A DNA stretch of 64,000 nucleotides from Candidatus Multivorans sp. (lineage in GTDB: Bacteria > Acidobacteriota > Thermoanaerobaculia > Multivoradales > Multivoraceae): contig OZ245033.1 in NCBI GenBank assembly GCA_965224025.1, positions 1,984,001-2,048,000 of the forward strand. The letters are read 5' to 3'. The notes under the pieces were generated by a model. It was not told the origin of the DNA. It saw nothing but the letters and a program-made list of their open reading frames with translations, and ran no database searches. Below are positions 38,414-48,382 of the stretch, in pieces; within the stretch, counting starts at the first letter, position 1, and every line of letters begins with the position of its first letter. A program made the position numbers and the translations under genes.

Positions 38414-39550
38414 CTAGCGGGACGAGGAGAGCCGGACTTCCAGGTTCTCTTCGCCGTCGCTTCGCACCACGGTCACCGTGACGACGTCGCCGACGCGGAA
38501 GTCCTCGACGATCGTGTGGACGTCGTTCACCGAGGCGACCTGACGACCTTCGATCGCGGTGATCAGGTCGCCCAGGACGATGCCGCGGCGTGTCCGCCGG
38601 CTTTCGCGCATGCCGGCTCGTTCGGCGCCGGAGCCCGGCACCACCCTGGTGACCAGCGCGCCCTTGACGCCGCGCGCGCGGAGCAGGGAGTCGTCCAGCT
38701 CGACGCCGATCAGCGGTCGCTCGACTTCGCCGTGCGCGATCAGTTCCGGGACGACCCAGTTCACGGTGTCCACCGGGATCGCGAATCCGATACCGCCCCA
38801 GGCGCCGCTGGAAGAGACGATCTGGGTGTTCACGCCGATCAGCCGGCCGCTCGAGTCGAGCAGGGGGCCGCCGGAGTTGCCCGGGTTGATCGCGGCATCG
38901 GTCTGAATCACGCCGCGGATCAGGCGGTTGGTGAGCGAAGACACCTCACGATCCAGGGCGCTGATCACACCTGTGGTCAGGGTGTGGTCGAGACCGAAGG
39001 GGTCGCCGATGGCGAGCACGGACTGGCCCACCTGAAGGTCGCGCGAAGTGCCGACCGCGATGGGCCGCAGCTTGTCTGCCGGCGCCTCGATCTTCAGCAC
39101 GGCAAGATCCACATGCGGGTCGCCGCCGATCACCTGGGCCGGCCAGGTGCTCTGATCGCTCAGGGTGACGAGCGTTTCGTGGGCGCGGAACACGACGTGG
39201 AAGTTCGTGACCACGTGACCCTTCGCGTCCCAGATGAAGCCGGTGCCGGTGCCCTCCGGAACGCGGTCGATGCGGCGGGCGAAGACGTTGCGGCGGTTCG
39301 GCACGGTAGTGATGTTCACCACCGAGGGCGAGGCCTTCCGGAACAGCTCGACCGTGGTGCGTTCCTCCGGCAGGAGCCCGCCGGCCGGCGCCACCTGGCG
39401 CGGCTCGACGCGGCTGTCGGCCTCCAGGACGCTGCCCTGCCACCTCGAGCCGAAGACGAAAGCGAGAAGGGCGAGGACGACGAGGCCGGAGGCAGCGGCA
39501 AAACGCGGCCGGGGCCGTCCTTCCGGTCCAGATGGAGTTCCGTGGGGCAT
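38414..39550 (-). CDS. HtrA/DegP-like trypsin protease with PDZ domain
   Basis: VTNFHVV, DLAVL, TDAAINPGNSGGPL; N-terminal TM helix. Confidence 0.92.
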   Translation of the reverse strand: MPHGTPSGPEGRPRPRFAAASGLVVLALLAFVFGSRWQGSVLEADSRVEPRQVAPAGGLLPEERTTVELFRKASPSVVNITTVPNRRNVFARRIDRVPEGTGTGFIWDAKGHVVTNFHVVFRAHETLVTLSDQSTWPAQVIGGDPHVDLAVLKIEAPADKLRPIAVGTSRDLQVGQSVLAIGDPFGLDHTLTTGVISALDREVSSLTNRLIRGVIQTDAAINPGNSGGPLLDSSGRLIGVNTQIVSSSGAWGGIGFAIPVDTVNWVVPELIAHGEVERPLIGVELDDSLLRARGVKGALVTRVVPGSGAERAGMRESRRTRRGIVLGDLITAIEGRQVASVNDVHTIVEDFRVGDVVTVTVVRSDGEENLEVRLSSSR

Positions 39551-39614
39551 GGACTAAAGCTAACAGGAGTTGGTTCCCGGTTTCTTCCCTTCGGCGCCGC
39601 TACCATTCGCGCCC

Positions 39615-41315
39615 GTGACCGCCATCGAACTCCTGAACGCAGATCCCCTGCTAGCTGCCGCTCTGGACCGGCGCCGCCGCCAGTGGCGCGAGGCGGACGC
39701 TACAGTTCGCCTGTGGTCCGGCGACGGTTCGCTCTGGACGGATTCCGGCGAGGCGGAGTGGCTGGGTTGGCTCGACGTCGAGCGGCTCGGCCGCGTGTCG
39801 GTCTCGAAGCCTGACGGCGACCGCGTCGAGATGGCGGCTGCCGACCTTGCGGAGCATCTCGCCGGCCGACCCTTTGAACGCTGCCTGCTGCTCGGCATGG
39901 GCGGCTCGGCGCTCGGCGCGGACCTGCTCTGGCGGGCGCTGCCGCGCCGGGTCGATGCCGAGTACATCGTCCTCGACACGACGGATCCGCGGGAGATCGC
40001 GTCGGCTCTGGATGGTGTCGCGCCCGCGTCGTTGAAGGTCATCGCGGCGTCCAAGTCGGGCGGCACGATCGAAACGAGGCTGGCGTTCGAGCTGCTGCTC
40101 GACCGGCTGGGGCCGGCGGCTTCGTCGGCGGCGTTGGCGATCACGGATCCGGGCTCCGCGCTCGAAGAACGCGCCCGGGCCGCCGGTGCCGGGGTCGTCT
40201 TCGGCCACCCGGACATCGGCGGGCGGTTCTCCGTGCTGTCGGCGTTCGGCCTGGCGCCGGCGGCGGTAGCGGGCATCGACGTGGAGCCGCTTCTTGGGAG
40301 CGCGCGGGCGATGGCCGCGGCGTGCCGGCGCGGCGGAACGGATTCAGAGACGAACCCCGGGGTCGAGCTGGGGTTGCTGCTCGCGGCGGCGCACGACTGC
40401 GGCCGCGACAAGCTCTATCTTCATGCCCCGGCCAAGTGCGCGGCGATGGCCGCGTGGGTCGAGCAACTGATCGCCGAGTCCCTCGGAAAGGGCGACGTAC
40501 TGCTGTTGCCTGTCGCTGCGGCCGGCGTGCCGGCGGAGCCGAACCCGGACCGGCTCGACGTCGTGCTCGGAAACGTGAGTGGCAACGGTGCGCAGGCCTC
40601 GGCGCCGGTGCCTGACGGTCCGGTCGTCCGGATCGGCGCGGACCTTCCGGTCGACCTCGGCGGCGAGTTCTTCCGCTGGCAGTTCGCCACGGCCGTGGCC
40701 GGAGCACTGCTGGGCCTCAACCCCTTCGACCAGCCGGACGTGGAGTCGTCCAAGGTCGTCACCCGGCGCTACGTCGAGCGGATGAAGGCCGGCGATGCGC
40801 CGGCGCCCGGTGGCGTGGTCCGGCTGAGCGAGGTCAGCGAGCTAGGGCTCGCCCAGCTCCTGGGCACGCACCTCGGGACGTTCCCGGAGAGCGGCTACGC
40901 CGTCATCTCGGCCTATCTTGATCGCAGCGACCGCAACCGGGAGCTGCTCCAGACTCTGCGCCGGCGCGTCGCCGACGTCACAGGCGGCGCGTCCGTGCTC
41001 GGTTTCAGTCCGAGCTTCCTGCACTCGACGGGACAGGCGCACAAGGGCGGCCCCAACCGCGGTCTGTTCCTGCAGATCACCGCCGATCCGCCGGCTGCGG
41101 ACATCTCGGTTCCAGGCGTTGGCCTGACCTTCGGCCAGGTCCAGCTCGCCCAGGCCTGGGGCGACTACGAAGTGCTCGTCGAGCGGAAGCGTCGGGTGCT
41201 CGCCGTCCATCTCGACGGCGAGGTGGAGGAAGGGGTGCGGCGGTTGGTGACTGGGTGCGCCGGCGTCCCCGCCGGCTCGCCGCCGAAGGCGGCCAAGGAA
41301 ACGCGCCGGCCGTAA
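39615..41315 (+). CDS. pgi: Glucose-6-phosphate isomerase (TAL/PGI-type PGI domain)
   Basis: GMGGSALG, SKSGGTIET, DIGGRFSVLS, EQLIAESLGK, NPFDQPDVE, HSTGQAHKGG. Confidence 0.85.
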   Translation: MTAIELLNADPLLAAALDRRRRQWREADATVRLWSGDGSLWTDSGEAEWLGWLDVERLGRVSVSKPDGDRVEMAAADLAEHLAGRPFERCLLLGMGGSALGADLLWRALPRRVDAEYIVLDTTDPREIASALDGVAPASLKVIAASKSGGTIETRLAFELLLDRLGPAASSAALAITDPGSALEERARAAGAGVVFGHPDIGGRFSVLSAFGLAPAAVAGIDVEPLLGSARAMAAACRRGGTDSETNPGVELGLLLAAAHDCGRDKLYLHAPAKCAAMAAWVEQLIAESLGKGDVLLLPVAAAGVPAEPNPDRLDVVLGNVSGNGAQASAPVPDGPVVRIGADLPVDLGGEFFRWQFATAVAGALLGLNPFDQPDVESSKVVTRRYVERMKAGDAPAPGGVVRLSEVSELGLAQLLGTHLGTFPESGYAVISAYLDRSDRNRELLQTLRRRVADVTGGASVLGFSPSFLHSTGQAHKGGPNRGLFLQITADPPAADISVPGVGLTFGQVQLAQAWGDYEVLVERKRRVLAVHLDGEVEEGVRRLVTGCAGVPAGSPPKAAKETRRP

Positions 41316-41403
41316 GGCCGGCACTGCGAGCGGTCAGAGTGGAGCGAGGCTGGCGCCTCGCCGTTTCTTCTCAGAAGCCGGCGGGGACGCCGGCGCACCC
41401 AGT
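41250..41403. repeat. REPIN-like inverted REP doublet
   Basis: ACTGGGTGCGCCGGCGTCCCCGCCGGC (41250-76) and its exact reverse complement (41377-403). Confidence 0.85.
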
Positions 41404-41627
41404 GCGAGGCGCCGTGCCGAGAACCGGCGGGGACGCCGGCGCACCTGTACCTTTCTCGGGTGGATTCTGGTGGGTCGTTGAGAGAGGTGGAATCGACCAG
41501 TAGCCGTCGCGGCTGCGGTAGCTGTGGGAAACCGGCTTGCCGGTTTTCCAAGGTCCGGCGGGAAACGGTCTGCCGTTTTCCGCGGGACCGGCAGCTTCCG
41601 CAGCCGAGACCGCCGGTCGGTTGCGTC

Positions 41628-41811
41628 TCCGGCCTGCCGGAGTCACTGAAGGAAGGTCGGCAAGCAGCCAGGAGCGACCACCGGCGCACTGTGCTTCGAG
41701 CACCTGGCTGGGACCCGTGCCCTGGCTGCTTCGCCGCGTTGGACGCCCAGTGGAGAGTCAGTGCCTTAGAGCACCAGTACAGGTACGGGCAGGCAACGCG
41801 GCATGCCGACC
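41628..41811 (+). ncRNA. Putative bridge RNA, copy 3
   Basis: Guide segments and stems identical to copy 1. Confidence 0.83.
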
Positions 41812-41845
41812 AGGCAACACTACCGCAAGGGAGAAGGAGGACGAG

Positions 41846-43099
41846 ATGACCAGGACGTGGTTCGTCGGCGTGGACTGGGGGTCCGAGACCCACCACGTGT
41901 GTGTGCTGGATCGGGACGGCAAGGTGAGGGGGGAGCGGGCGTTCGACCACAGCGGCAAGGGACTTGCCGCCATGGCCGACTGGCTCCTTGGACATACCCG
42001 ACCGACGTCTCCGGACGAGATCGGCGTCGCCATCGAGGTGCCGCACGGACCGGTGGTCGAGACTCTCCTGGAGCGGGGCTTCGCCGTGCATTCGATCAAC
42101 CCCAAGCAGCTCGACCGCTTCAGGGACCGCTTCTCCGTCGCCGGCGCCAAGGATGACCGCCGCGATGCACGGGCGCTCGCCGCCGCGCTTCGCACCGACC
42201 CCGAGTGCCTGAACCGCGTGCAACCATCCGATGCAGCCATCGTGATGCTGCGCGAGGTGTCCCGCGGCCGCAAGCAGTTGGTCGGCCAGAAGAACCGCCT
42301 GGAGAACCAAGTCCGCGACCAGATCTGGCGCTACTACCCGCAGTTTCTCGCCGTGGTCAAGAACGAGGTGTCGGCGCCCTTCGCGCTGGCCTTGTGGCGA
42401 CTGGCGCCGACCCCCGGCAAGGCTCGACGGCTGCGCGAAGCCACGCTCGCCAAACTGCTCAAGGAACACCGCATCCGGCGCCTGACTGCCGCCCAACTGC
42501 GCGATCAACTGCGGGCCGAGCCGATCGCCGTTTCCCCGGACACCGTTAAGGCCGCCGTCGAACACATAGGACTCCTCCGGCCGGTGCTCGACACCGTCTG
42601 CCGCCAACTCGCCGACGCCGACAAGCGGCTGGAGCGGATGACCCGCGCACTCGAGGCCCCGGCCCAACGGGAAAACGACGACGACTCCCCTAAGCCGAGC
42701 GACGCCGCCATCCTCAGGTCGCTGCCCGGACTCGGCAAGGTCGGCCTCGCCACCCTGCTCTCCGAGGCCGATCAAAGCCTGGGCCGCAGAGACCACGAGG
42801 CACTGCGTTGCCTCTGCGGAGTGGCGCCGGTGACCGTCAAGTCCGGCAAGAAGCTCATCGTCATGCGACGACTCGCCGCCAACGAACACCTCAGCGACGC
42901 CGTCTATCACTGGGGACGAGTCGCCATCCAGCACGACCCGATCAGCCGCGCCAAGTACGACGCCATGAAAGCCCAGGGAAAGACGCACGGACGCGCCATC
43001 AGACAACTCGTCGACCGACTCCTCGGCGTCGCCTGCGCCATGCTCCGAGACCGAACTCTCTTCGACCCCAACAAGCGATGCCATGCCCAGGTCGCATGA
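41846..43099 (+). CDS. IS110-family DEDD recombinase
   Basis: Differs from copy 1 by about 2 residues. Confidence 0.95.
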   Translation: MTRTWFVGVDWGSETHHVCVLDRDGKVRGERAFDHSGKGLAAMADWLLGHTRPTSPDEIGVAIEVPHGPVVETLLERGFAVHSINPKQLDRFRDRFSVAGAKDDRRDARALAAALRTDPECLNRVQPSDAAIVMLREVSRGRKQLVGQKNRLENQVRDQIWRYYPQFLAVVKNEVSAPFALALWRLAPTPGKARRLREATLAKLLKEHRIRRLTAAQLRDQLRAEPIAVSPDTVKAAVEHIGLLRPVLDTVCRQLADADKRLERMTRALEAPAQRENDDDSPKPSDAAILRSLPGLGKVGLATLLSEADQSLGRRDHEALRCLCGVAPVTVKSGKKLIVMRRLAANEHLSDAVYHWGRVAIQHDPISRAKYDAMKAQGKTHGRAIRQLVDRLLGVACAMLRDRTLFDPNKRCHAQVA

Positions 43100-43162
43100 C
43101 CTCCCTGACCCGCAGCAGCCTCCCCAAAACACACTTGCTAAAGGGTGGAGAGTCCCGGTGGG

Positions 43163-43426
43163 CTAGCGCCGGCCCCGCCGCCCGCTCGCCGGCTTGCCCA
43201 TCAGCTCGTCGAGCCCGACGTTGAACTCCGCGACGATCCGTATCAGCACGTCCAGGCTGACCCGGAGTTCGTCCCGCTCGATCCGTGACAGGTCGGACGG
43301 CGGAATGCCGACGCGCTCCGCCAGCGCGGGCTGCGTCAGCTTGTTCTTGCGCCGCAGCCGCCGGATCCGATGACCCATGAGCTGGACCTGTTGTGCGGGT
43401 GCTTCCTTGTTCATCGCCTGCGCCAT
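43163..43426 (-). CDS. XRE-family HTH regulator (start uncertain)
   Basis: GHRIRRLRRKNKLTQPALAERVGI..SDLSRIER. Confidence 0.75.
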   Translation of the reverse strand: MAQAMNKEAPAQQVQLMGHRIRRLRRKNKLTQPALAERVGIPPSDLSRIERDELRVSLDVLIRIVAEFNVGLDELMGKPASGRRGRR

Positions 43427-43583
43427 TCGAGAGTCCGGCAATTCTAGGAGCTTGCGCCGCAGAACGCTACGGGTGAGTTCGCGGCGCAAGCTCCTGGAAG
43501 CGGACGGGATGGGCCGAAACACCGAGCCTGCGAGGGGTTTCGGGGCGGTAGCGGTGCAGGCGGTTCAGGATGTCGACCTGAGA

Positions 43584-44315
43584 TCAGATCGACGTCTTGA
43601 GATTCTCATTGGCGGCGATTTGCGCGCCCCTTGCCTTGTAGCGTTCCCGGCGCTCCTTGCTGAAGCTGTCGACTTCGTCCTTCGGCACGCCGTAGGCGAC
43701 TCCCCGATCCACGCCCGGGCGCGCGCGAACGCGTTTGAGCCAGTCCACGACGGAGGGCTGGGTCGTGATGTCGACCTTGGCCCACTTGTACGCCCGGATC
43801 CACGGGAACGCCGCGATGTCGGCAACCGTGAACGTGTCCCCACAGATGTAGGGGTGCTTCTCGAACCGGCGGCCGAGAATCGCCACCAGCCGAAGCGACT
43901 CCTTGCCGAATCGTTCCAGCGGGTGGGCCTTCTCCTCATCGGGCACGTTGATGTAGCGCGTGTAGCTCAGTTTGTTGCCGAACGCCGGGCCGAGATTTGC
44001 GGCTTGCCAGTAGAGCCAGGGAAGCACGTCCCAGCGTCGCTCGTCGGTCGGGTAGAGCGGGGTCGGGAACTTCTCCCCCAGGTACTGCAGGATGGCGCAG
44101 CTCTCCATGACGGCGCGACCGTCGTCCACCAGGGCCGGCATCTTCTGGTTGGGGTTGATCGCGGTGAATTCGGGGGTGAACTGGTCGCCGGCCGAGAGAT
44201 CGACCATGTGGATGCGCGTCTCGGGCAGTTCGACCCCCGCCTCGCGCAGCTCCTCGAGCATGATCGAGATCTTCCACCCGTTGGGCGTCGCGCTGAAGTA
44301 GACGTCAAGAGCCAT
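43584..44315 (-). CDS. Glutathione S-transferase (YfcG/YghU-like)
   Basis: TPNGWK, INPNQKMPAL, ESCAIL, TVADIA. Confidence 0.9.
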   Translation of the reverse strand: MALDVYFSATPNGWKISIMLEELREAGVELPETRIHMVDLSAGDQFTPEFTAINPNQKMPALVDDGRAVMESCAILQYLGEKFPTPLYPTDERRWDVLPWLYWQAANLGPAFGNKLSYTRYINVPDEEKAHPLERFGKESLRLVAILGRRFEKHPYICGDTFTVADIAAFPWIRAYKWAKVDITTQPSVVDWLKRVRARPGVDRGVAYGVPKDEVDSFSKERRERYKARGAQIAANENLKTSI

Positions 44316-44997
44316 CTGGCGCCGCCTCCGCGAGACCGGCGAGGACGGCGTCGATGCCTTCGCCCCTCAGGCCCTGCTTCATTGCCGAGAACGCATTCGC
44401 GTCGAGTTCGGCCAACTGGGCGGCGCGCTCGAGAGCGGCATCGCGCAGCCCGCCGGCCGGCGCGACGGCGTCGACGAAACCGGCATCGCGCGCACCCCCG
44501 GCGTCGTACATCTTCGCGGTCAGGGCGGCCTGCGTCAGAGCGCGTTTGGAGAGCCGCTCCCTGGCCAGCAGCCAGGCGAACGGCGGCAGCGTTCTGCCGA
44601 TCGCGACCTCGTTCAGCCCGAACCGGAAGGCGCCGTCCGCCGCGAGACGATGGTCGCCGGTGAGCACACAGAGCGCGCCGAGCGCGATGGCGTGTCCGCT
44701 GGCCGCGACCACCAGGGGCTGGGGCAATCCGTACAGGCGCATCATCAGACGGGCTCCGGCGACTCCCATGGCGCGGGCCTCCTCCGGGCCTCCATCGCGA
44801 AACACGTTGAGGTCGAACCCGCCGGAAAACACGCCGGGCCGGCCGGTCAGCACGACGGCCCGGGCTTCGTCCGCGGCACGGTCGAGCATGGCGTTGACCG
44901 CGGCGATCATCGGCGGTCCGAAGACGTTGGCCTTGCAGTCGTCCATGGTGACCAGGGCCACGTCGCCAACCTGTTCGTAGGTGGTCCGTTCCGTCAT
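44305..44997 (-). CDS. Crotonase/enoyl-CoA hydratase family protein
   Basis: FSGGFDL, GHAIALG, GLNEVAIG. Confidence 0.88.
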   Translation of the reverse strand: MTERTTYEQVGDVALVTMDDCKANVFGPPMIAAVNAMLDRAADEARAVVLTGRPGVFSGGFDLNVFRDGGPEEARAMGVAGARLMMRLYGLPQPLVVAASGHAIALGALCVLTGDHRLAADGAFRFGLNEVAIGRTLPPFAWLLARERLSKRALTQAALTAKMYDAGGARDAGFVDAVAPAGGLRDAALERAAQLAELDANAFSAMKQGLRGEGIDAVLAGLAEAAPDGS

Positions 44998-45047
44998 GAA
45001 TGAGCTCCTTTGGCACCGTCTCTCGCGGCCTCGTTCGTCATCGCTCG

Positions 45048-46211
45048 TTAGTTTGTCACCTTGATCTCGCGGATTTTCTTGAGCGGGACCGCGGTGATCT
45101 TCTCCTTCAGCGGATACTCGAGGTCGCCCGGGTAGACCACCCAGAGATGTTGGAGACCGAGGTCCTCGATGACCGTGTGCATCGACCTGGTCGTCCTGGG
45201 TGCGTCCGCGCACTTGAACTCGAATCCCCAGCGCCTGCCGCCGCGAAGTAGCATGAGGTCCAGTTCGGCGCCTCGGTGGGTGCCCCAGAAGTACGCCTGG
45301 CGCGCACCGAACGCGATCAACGTCTGTTCCAGGGCGAAACCCTCCCAGCTTGGGCCGTAGGCGGGGTGGCGGACGAGGTCGACCATGGACTCCAGCCCCA
45401 GCAGATAGTGGAGGATGCCGGAGTCGCGGATGTAGACCTTGGGCGCCTTGACGACGCGCTTGCCGACGTTCTCGAACCACGGTGGCAGCACCCGGATCAT
45501 GAACGTCCCGGCGAGCAGGTCGCGGTAGTGGTTCACCGACTTGGCGCCGACTCCCATCGAGCGGCTGAGCGCCGATGCGTTCCAGGTCTGCGAGTGGACA
45601 TGCGCCAGCATGGTCCAGAACCGGCCGAGCGCCTCCGGCGACACCCTCGACCCGAGTCCCGGCACGTCGCGCTCCAGGAACGTGCGGGCAAAGGACTCTA
45701 TCCAGAGAGTGCAGGCCGCATCCGACTCGGCCAAGTAGGCCAGGGGGAACCCGCCGCGCACCCACAGGCGGTCCTGGTTCCCGGTTCCCACTTCGTCGAG
45801 CGAGAAGCCGCTCACGTCGACGAACGAGATGCGCCCCGCCAGGGTCTCGGAGACTCCCCGGATCAGGTCCCAGGAGGCGCTGCCCAGGAGCAGGAAGACG
45901 GCCTTCCGCTCAGGGTCGTCGCAGATCGGACGGAGGATCTCGAACAGCTCCGGTACGCGTTGCACCTCGTCGATCACGACCAGCCCCTCGCCGCCTCGAA
46001 GCAGCCGCTCCGGAGTCGTGCGGAACGCCTCGCGAACCGCTGGCACCTCCAGGTCGTAGACCGTGGCGGGCCCTTCCCACGCCGCCACGATCTGCTGGGC
46101 GAGCGTCGTCTTCCCGACCTGCCGGGCGCCCAGGAGAGCGGTGACCGGTGACTGGGAGAGTCGCCAGAGAGTTGCGTCGAGCAGGCGCTGTCGGGCGGTA
46201 GATTGTCGCAT
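45048..46211 (-). CDS. AAA_14 + DUF4143 ATP-binding protein
   Basis: GARQVGKTT, IDEVQ, SETLAGR, KAPKVYIRDSG, ELDL...EFK. Confidence 0.9.
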   Translation of the reverse strand: MRQSTARQRLLDATLWRLSQSPVTALLGARQVGKTTLAQQIVAAWEGPATVYDLEVPAVREAFRTTPERLLRGGEGLVVIDEVQRVPELFEILRPICDDPERKAVFLLLGSASWDLIRGVSETLAGRISFVDVSGFSLDEVGTGNQDRLWVRGGFPLAYLAESDAACTLWIESFARTFLERDVPGLGSRVSPEALGRFWTMLAHVHSQTWNASALSRSMGVGAKSVNHYRDLLAGTFMIRVLPPWFENVGKRVVKAPKVYIRDSGILHYLLGLESMVDLVRHPAYGPSWEGFALEQTLIAFGARQAYFWGTHRGAELDLMLLRGGRRWGFEFKCADAPRTTRSMHTVIEDLGLQHLWVVYPGDLEYPLKEKITAVPLKKIREIKVTN

Positions 46212-46636
46212 ATTCACCCTCAGAGGTGAGATTTACGACAATAAACGGGTTTGGCGAGCTTGTCCAGCCCCTAGACAGGTGCCTCGGCTTCGTGGCCCGC
46301 TAGCGCGCCTTGGGGAAACGTCTCCACGACGAGGAGCAGTTCGTCAGCCGTCAGGCGGCGCGTGCCGCTCTCGATGGCCGAGACGGTCTGGCGGTCCTTG
46401 AAGCCGAAGACGCGGGCAAGGTCTTCCTGCGTGAGGTCGTGCTGCTCGCGCAGCGCCTTGATGCGGGTGCCGATCGGTGATGTGGGCATGGTGTCGGCCG
46501 CTCCTTGCCGAGTCGAAGTTGAGCGGCGCCAGGGTATCTCTTGCGGAATGGGATATGCAAGAAAAGACTGCGATCAGAGGTCGCGACGACCGACCATTGT
46601 CGTAAATCCGCCCACAGACGGGAGATTTACGACAAT
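46202..46636. promoter_or_regulatory. Two copies of the operator-like IR ATTGTCGTAAATC-N15-GATTTACGACAAT
   Basis: Perfect at 46596-46636; imperfect at 46202-46242. Confidence 0.6.
46271..46489 (-). pseudogene. XRE HTH fragment, probably the N-terminus of a truncated XRE-ImmA/IrrE protein
   Basis: IGTRIKALRE..LTQEDLARVFGFKDRQTVSAIESG, then unrelated tail. Confidence 0.6.
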
Positions 46637-46719
46637 TCCAGCCGCTCACGGTTGTCCGGCGACGCCCCGGGAGTGCCCTCAGGGGTTGCCGGAGAAACCT
46701 GGAGCGACAGGCAGGGAGC

Positions 46720-47916
46720 TCACATCGTCCGGGCGACGATCCACGTTCCCGCGACGAACGTAGCCAGCACGCTGCCCAGGTTGCACAGGACGACGACGAG
46801 GAGGATGCGAGTGAGGCGGTTGTTCCAGAAGCCGCGGACGGAACTCAGGCTGTCGGCGAGGTTCTCCAGGTCGGCAACCAGGGGCTTGCGGAGCAGAGCC
46901 TGGACGAGTCCCGCGACCCAGCCGGCCGCCATCAGGGGATTCAGGCTGGTCAGGGGCGCGGCGGCGAAGGCGGACAGGATCGTCACCGGGTGGGCGAGGG
47001 CGATGGCGGCGCCGAGGGCGGCCAGACCGCCGTTGAGCCCGACCCAGATGTAGACCGATTCGACGGTGCGCTCCCGGTCGCCCCAAACGAGGCCGTAGGC
47101 GAACAGCGCGACGATCAGGATCGGCACGAGCCACGCGACGACACGCGGCCACACTGGCGGGTCGGGCACCAATTCGAGTTCCTCCAGGTCGCATTCGGAG
47201 TCGGCGAGGCCGGCGATGCCGGGCAGGTGCCCGGCACCGACCACGGCCACCGTGCGCGGGCCAGCCGACTGGCGCAGCTTCTCGGCCATGTAGGCGTCCC
47301 GCTCGTCGATCAGGGTTTCCTTGACGCTCGGCAGTGCCTCGGCGAGGGCGGACATCAGGTCGGTCAGGTTGCCGCTGTCGCGGAGCTGCTCGATGTCCTC
47401 TTCCTTCAGGTCGTCGCCGACGAAGGCGCTGCCGGCCAACTGGGTCATCACCTTCGTTCGCTGCCAGAAGCCGAGCGAGTACCAGGTGCGCTTCAGCGAG
47501 ATCTGGATGTCGCGGTCGATCAGTTCGAGGCGGGCGCCGCGCTCGCGGGCCCGGGCGATCGCCTCGCGCATCTCGGCGCCGGGCTCGATGCCGAAACGCT
47601 GGGCGATTCGCCGCTGGAAGGAGTGCATCAGGAACGAACTGAGCAGCAGCGCCGCCTTGCCCTCGCGCAGTACCTGGAAGATGTCCAGCTTGCGCCAGGA
47701 ATCCTGGTTCTCCAGGTTCTGGTAGCGGGCCTCGCAGAGCTCGACGCACACCGTGTCGGGTTCGAGCGCCTCGATCGCTTCCTTCGTGTCCCGAACGCTC
47801 TGGGGTGAGACGTGCGCGGTGCCGACCAGGAAGACTTCCCGGTCGTCGAGTTCGAGTCGTTGCACGGAGGCGGGCAGATCGGAGGGCGCCGGTTGGCTGG
47901 CGGCTTCGGTCGTCAT
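46720..47916 (-). CDS. TraB/GumN family membrane protein
   Basis: LVGTAHVS, VCVELC, PGAEM, DRDIQI, ERDAYMA, VVGAGH; C-terminal TM helices. Confidence 0.9.
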   Translation of the reverse strand: MTTEAASQPAPSDLPASVQRLELDDREVFLVGTAHVSPQSVRDTKEAIEALEPDTVCVELCEARYQNLENQDSWRKLDIFQVLREGKAALLLSSFLMHSFQRRIAQRFGIEPGAEMREAIARARERGARLELIDRDIQISLKRTWYSLGFWQRTKVMTQLAGSAFVGDDLKEEDIEQLRDSGNLTDLMSALAEALPSVKETLIDERDAYMAEKLRQSAGPRTVAVVGAGHLPGIAGLADSECDLEELELVPDPPVWPRVVAWLVPILIVALFAYGLVWGDRERTVESVYIWVGLNGGLAALGAAIALAHPVTILSAFAAAPLTSLNPLMAAGWVAGLVQALLRKPLVADLENLADSLSSVRGFWNNRLTRILLVVVLCNLGSVLATFVAGTWIVARTM

Positions 47917-48029
47917 GGCAGCGCGGAGCGTAGCCCAGGTGCGCCGGCACCGTGGCGTCCGCGCGCCCGAAGACGGCCACGCGGGTCAGCTAGCATGTCA
48001 AGTTGGTCTCTTGAAGAGGGAGGTTCAAG

Positions 48030-48345
48030 ATGCAGTTGACGACGATTCGCCTCGCCACGGTGCTGGTAGCGGCGGTCATCCTGGCTGCGTGCGCCGCGCC
48101 AGACGCTGACGCCCCCGCGGAGGATGCCGGCGCCGGTCCGCCAGAAACCGGAGTCGGCACACCCAACATCGTGCTCATCCTCGCCGACGATCTCGGCTAC
48201 GCCGATATCGGCATCTACGGCAGCGAGGTGATCTCGACCCCGAACATCGACGCGCTGGCGGCGAGCGGCGTTCTCTTCAAGGCGGGTTACGTCAGCCATC
48301 CGGTATGCAGCCCGTCGCGGGCGGGGCTGATTACGGGGCGGTGGA
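48030..48345 (+). pseudogene. Sulfatase N-terminal fragment
   Basis: [27 protein letters not shown], then abrupt end. Confidence 0.8.
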
Positions 48346-48382
48346 CGCTGAGCGCGGCCCTGCCGACGCTCCAGGTGCTGTG

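Larger units (their letters stand above)
41444..43155 (+). mobile_element. IS110-family element, copy 3
   Basis: Same ends as copy 1; right flank is CGGT instead of CAGT. Confidence 0.95.

Noticed and set aside
23134-43155. Composite transposon bounded by IS110 copies
   Set aside because: Each copy reconstructs its own intact REP target, consistent with independent insertions; flank exchange between copies cannot be excluded but has no positive support
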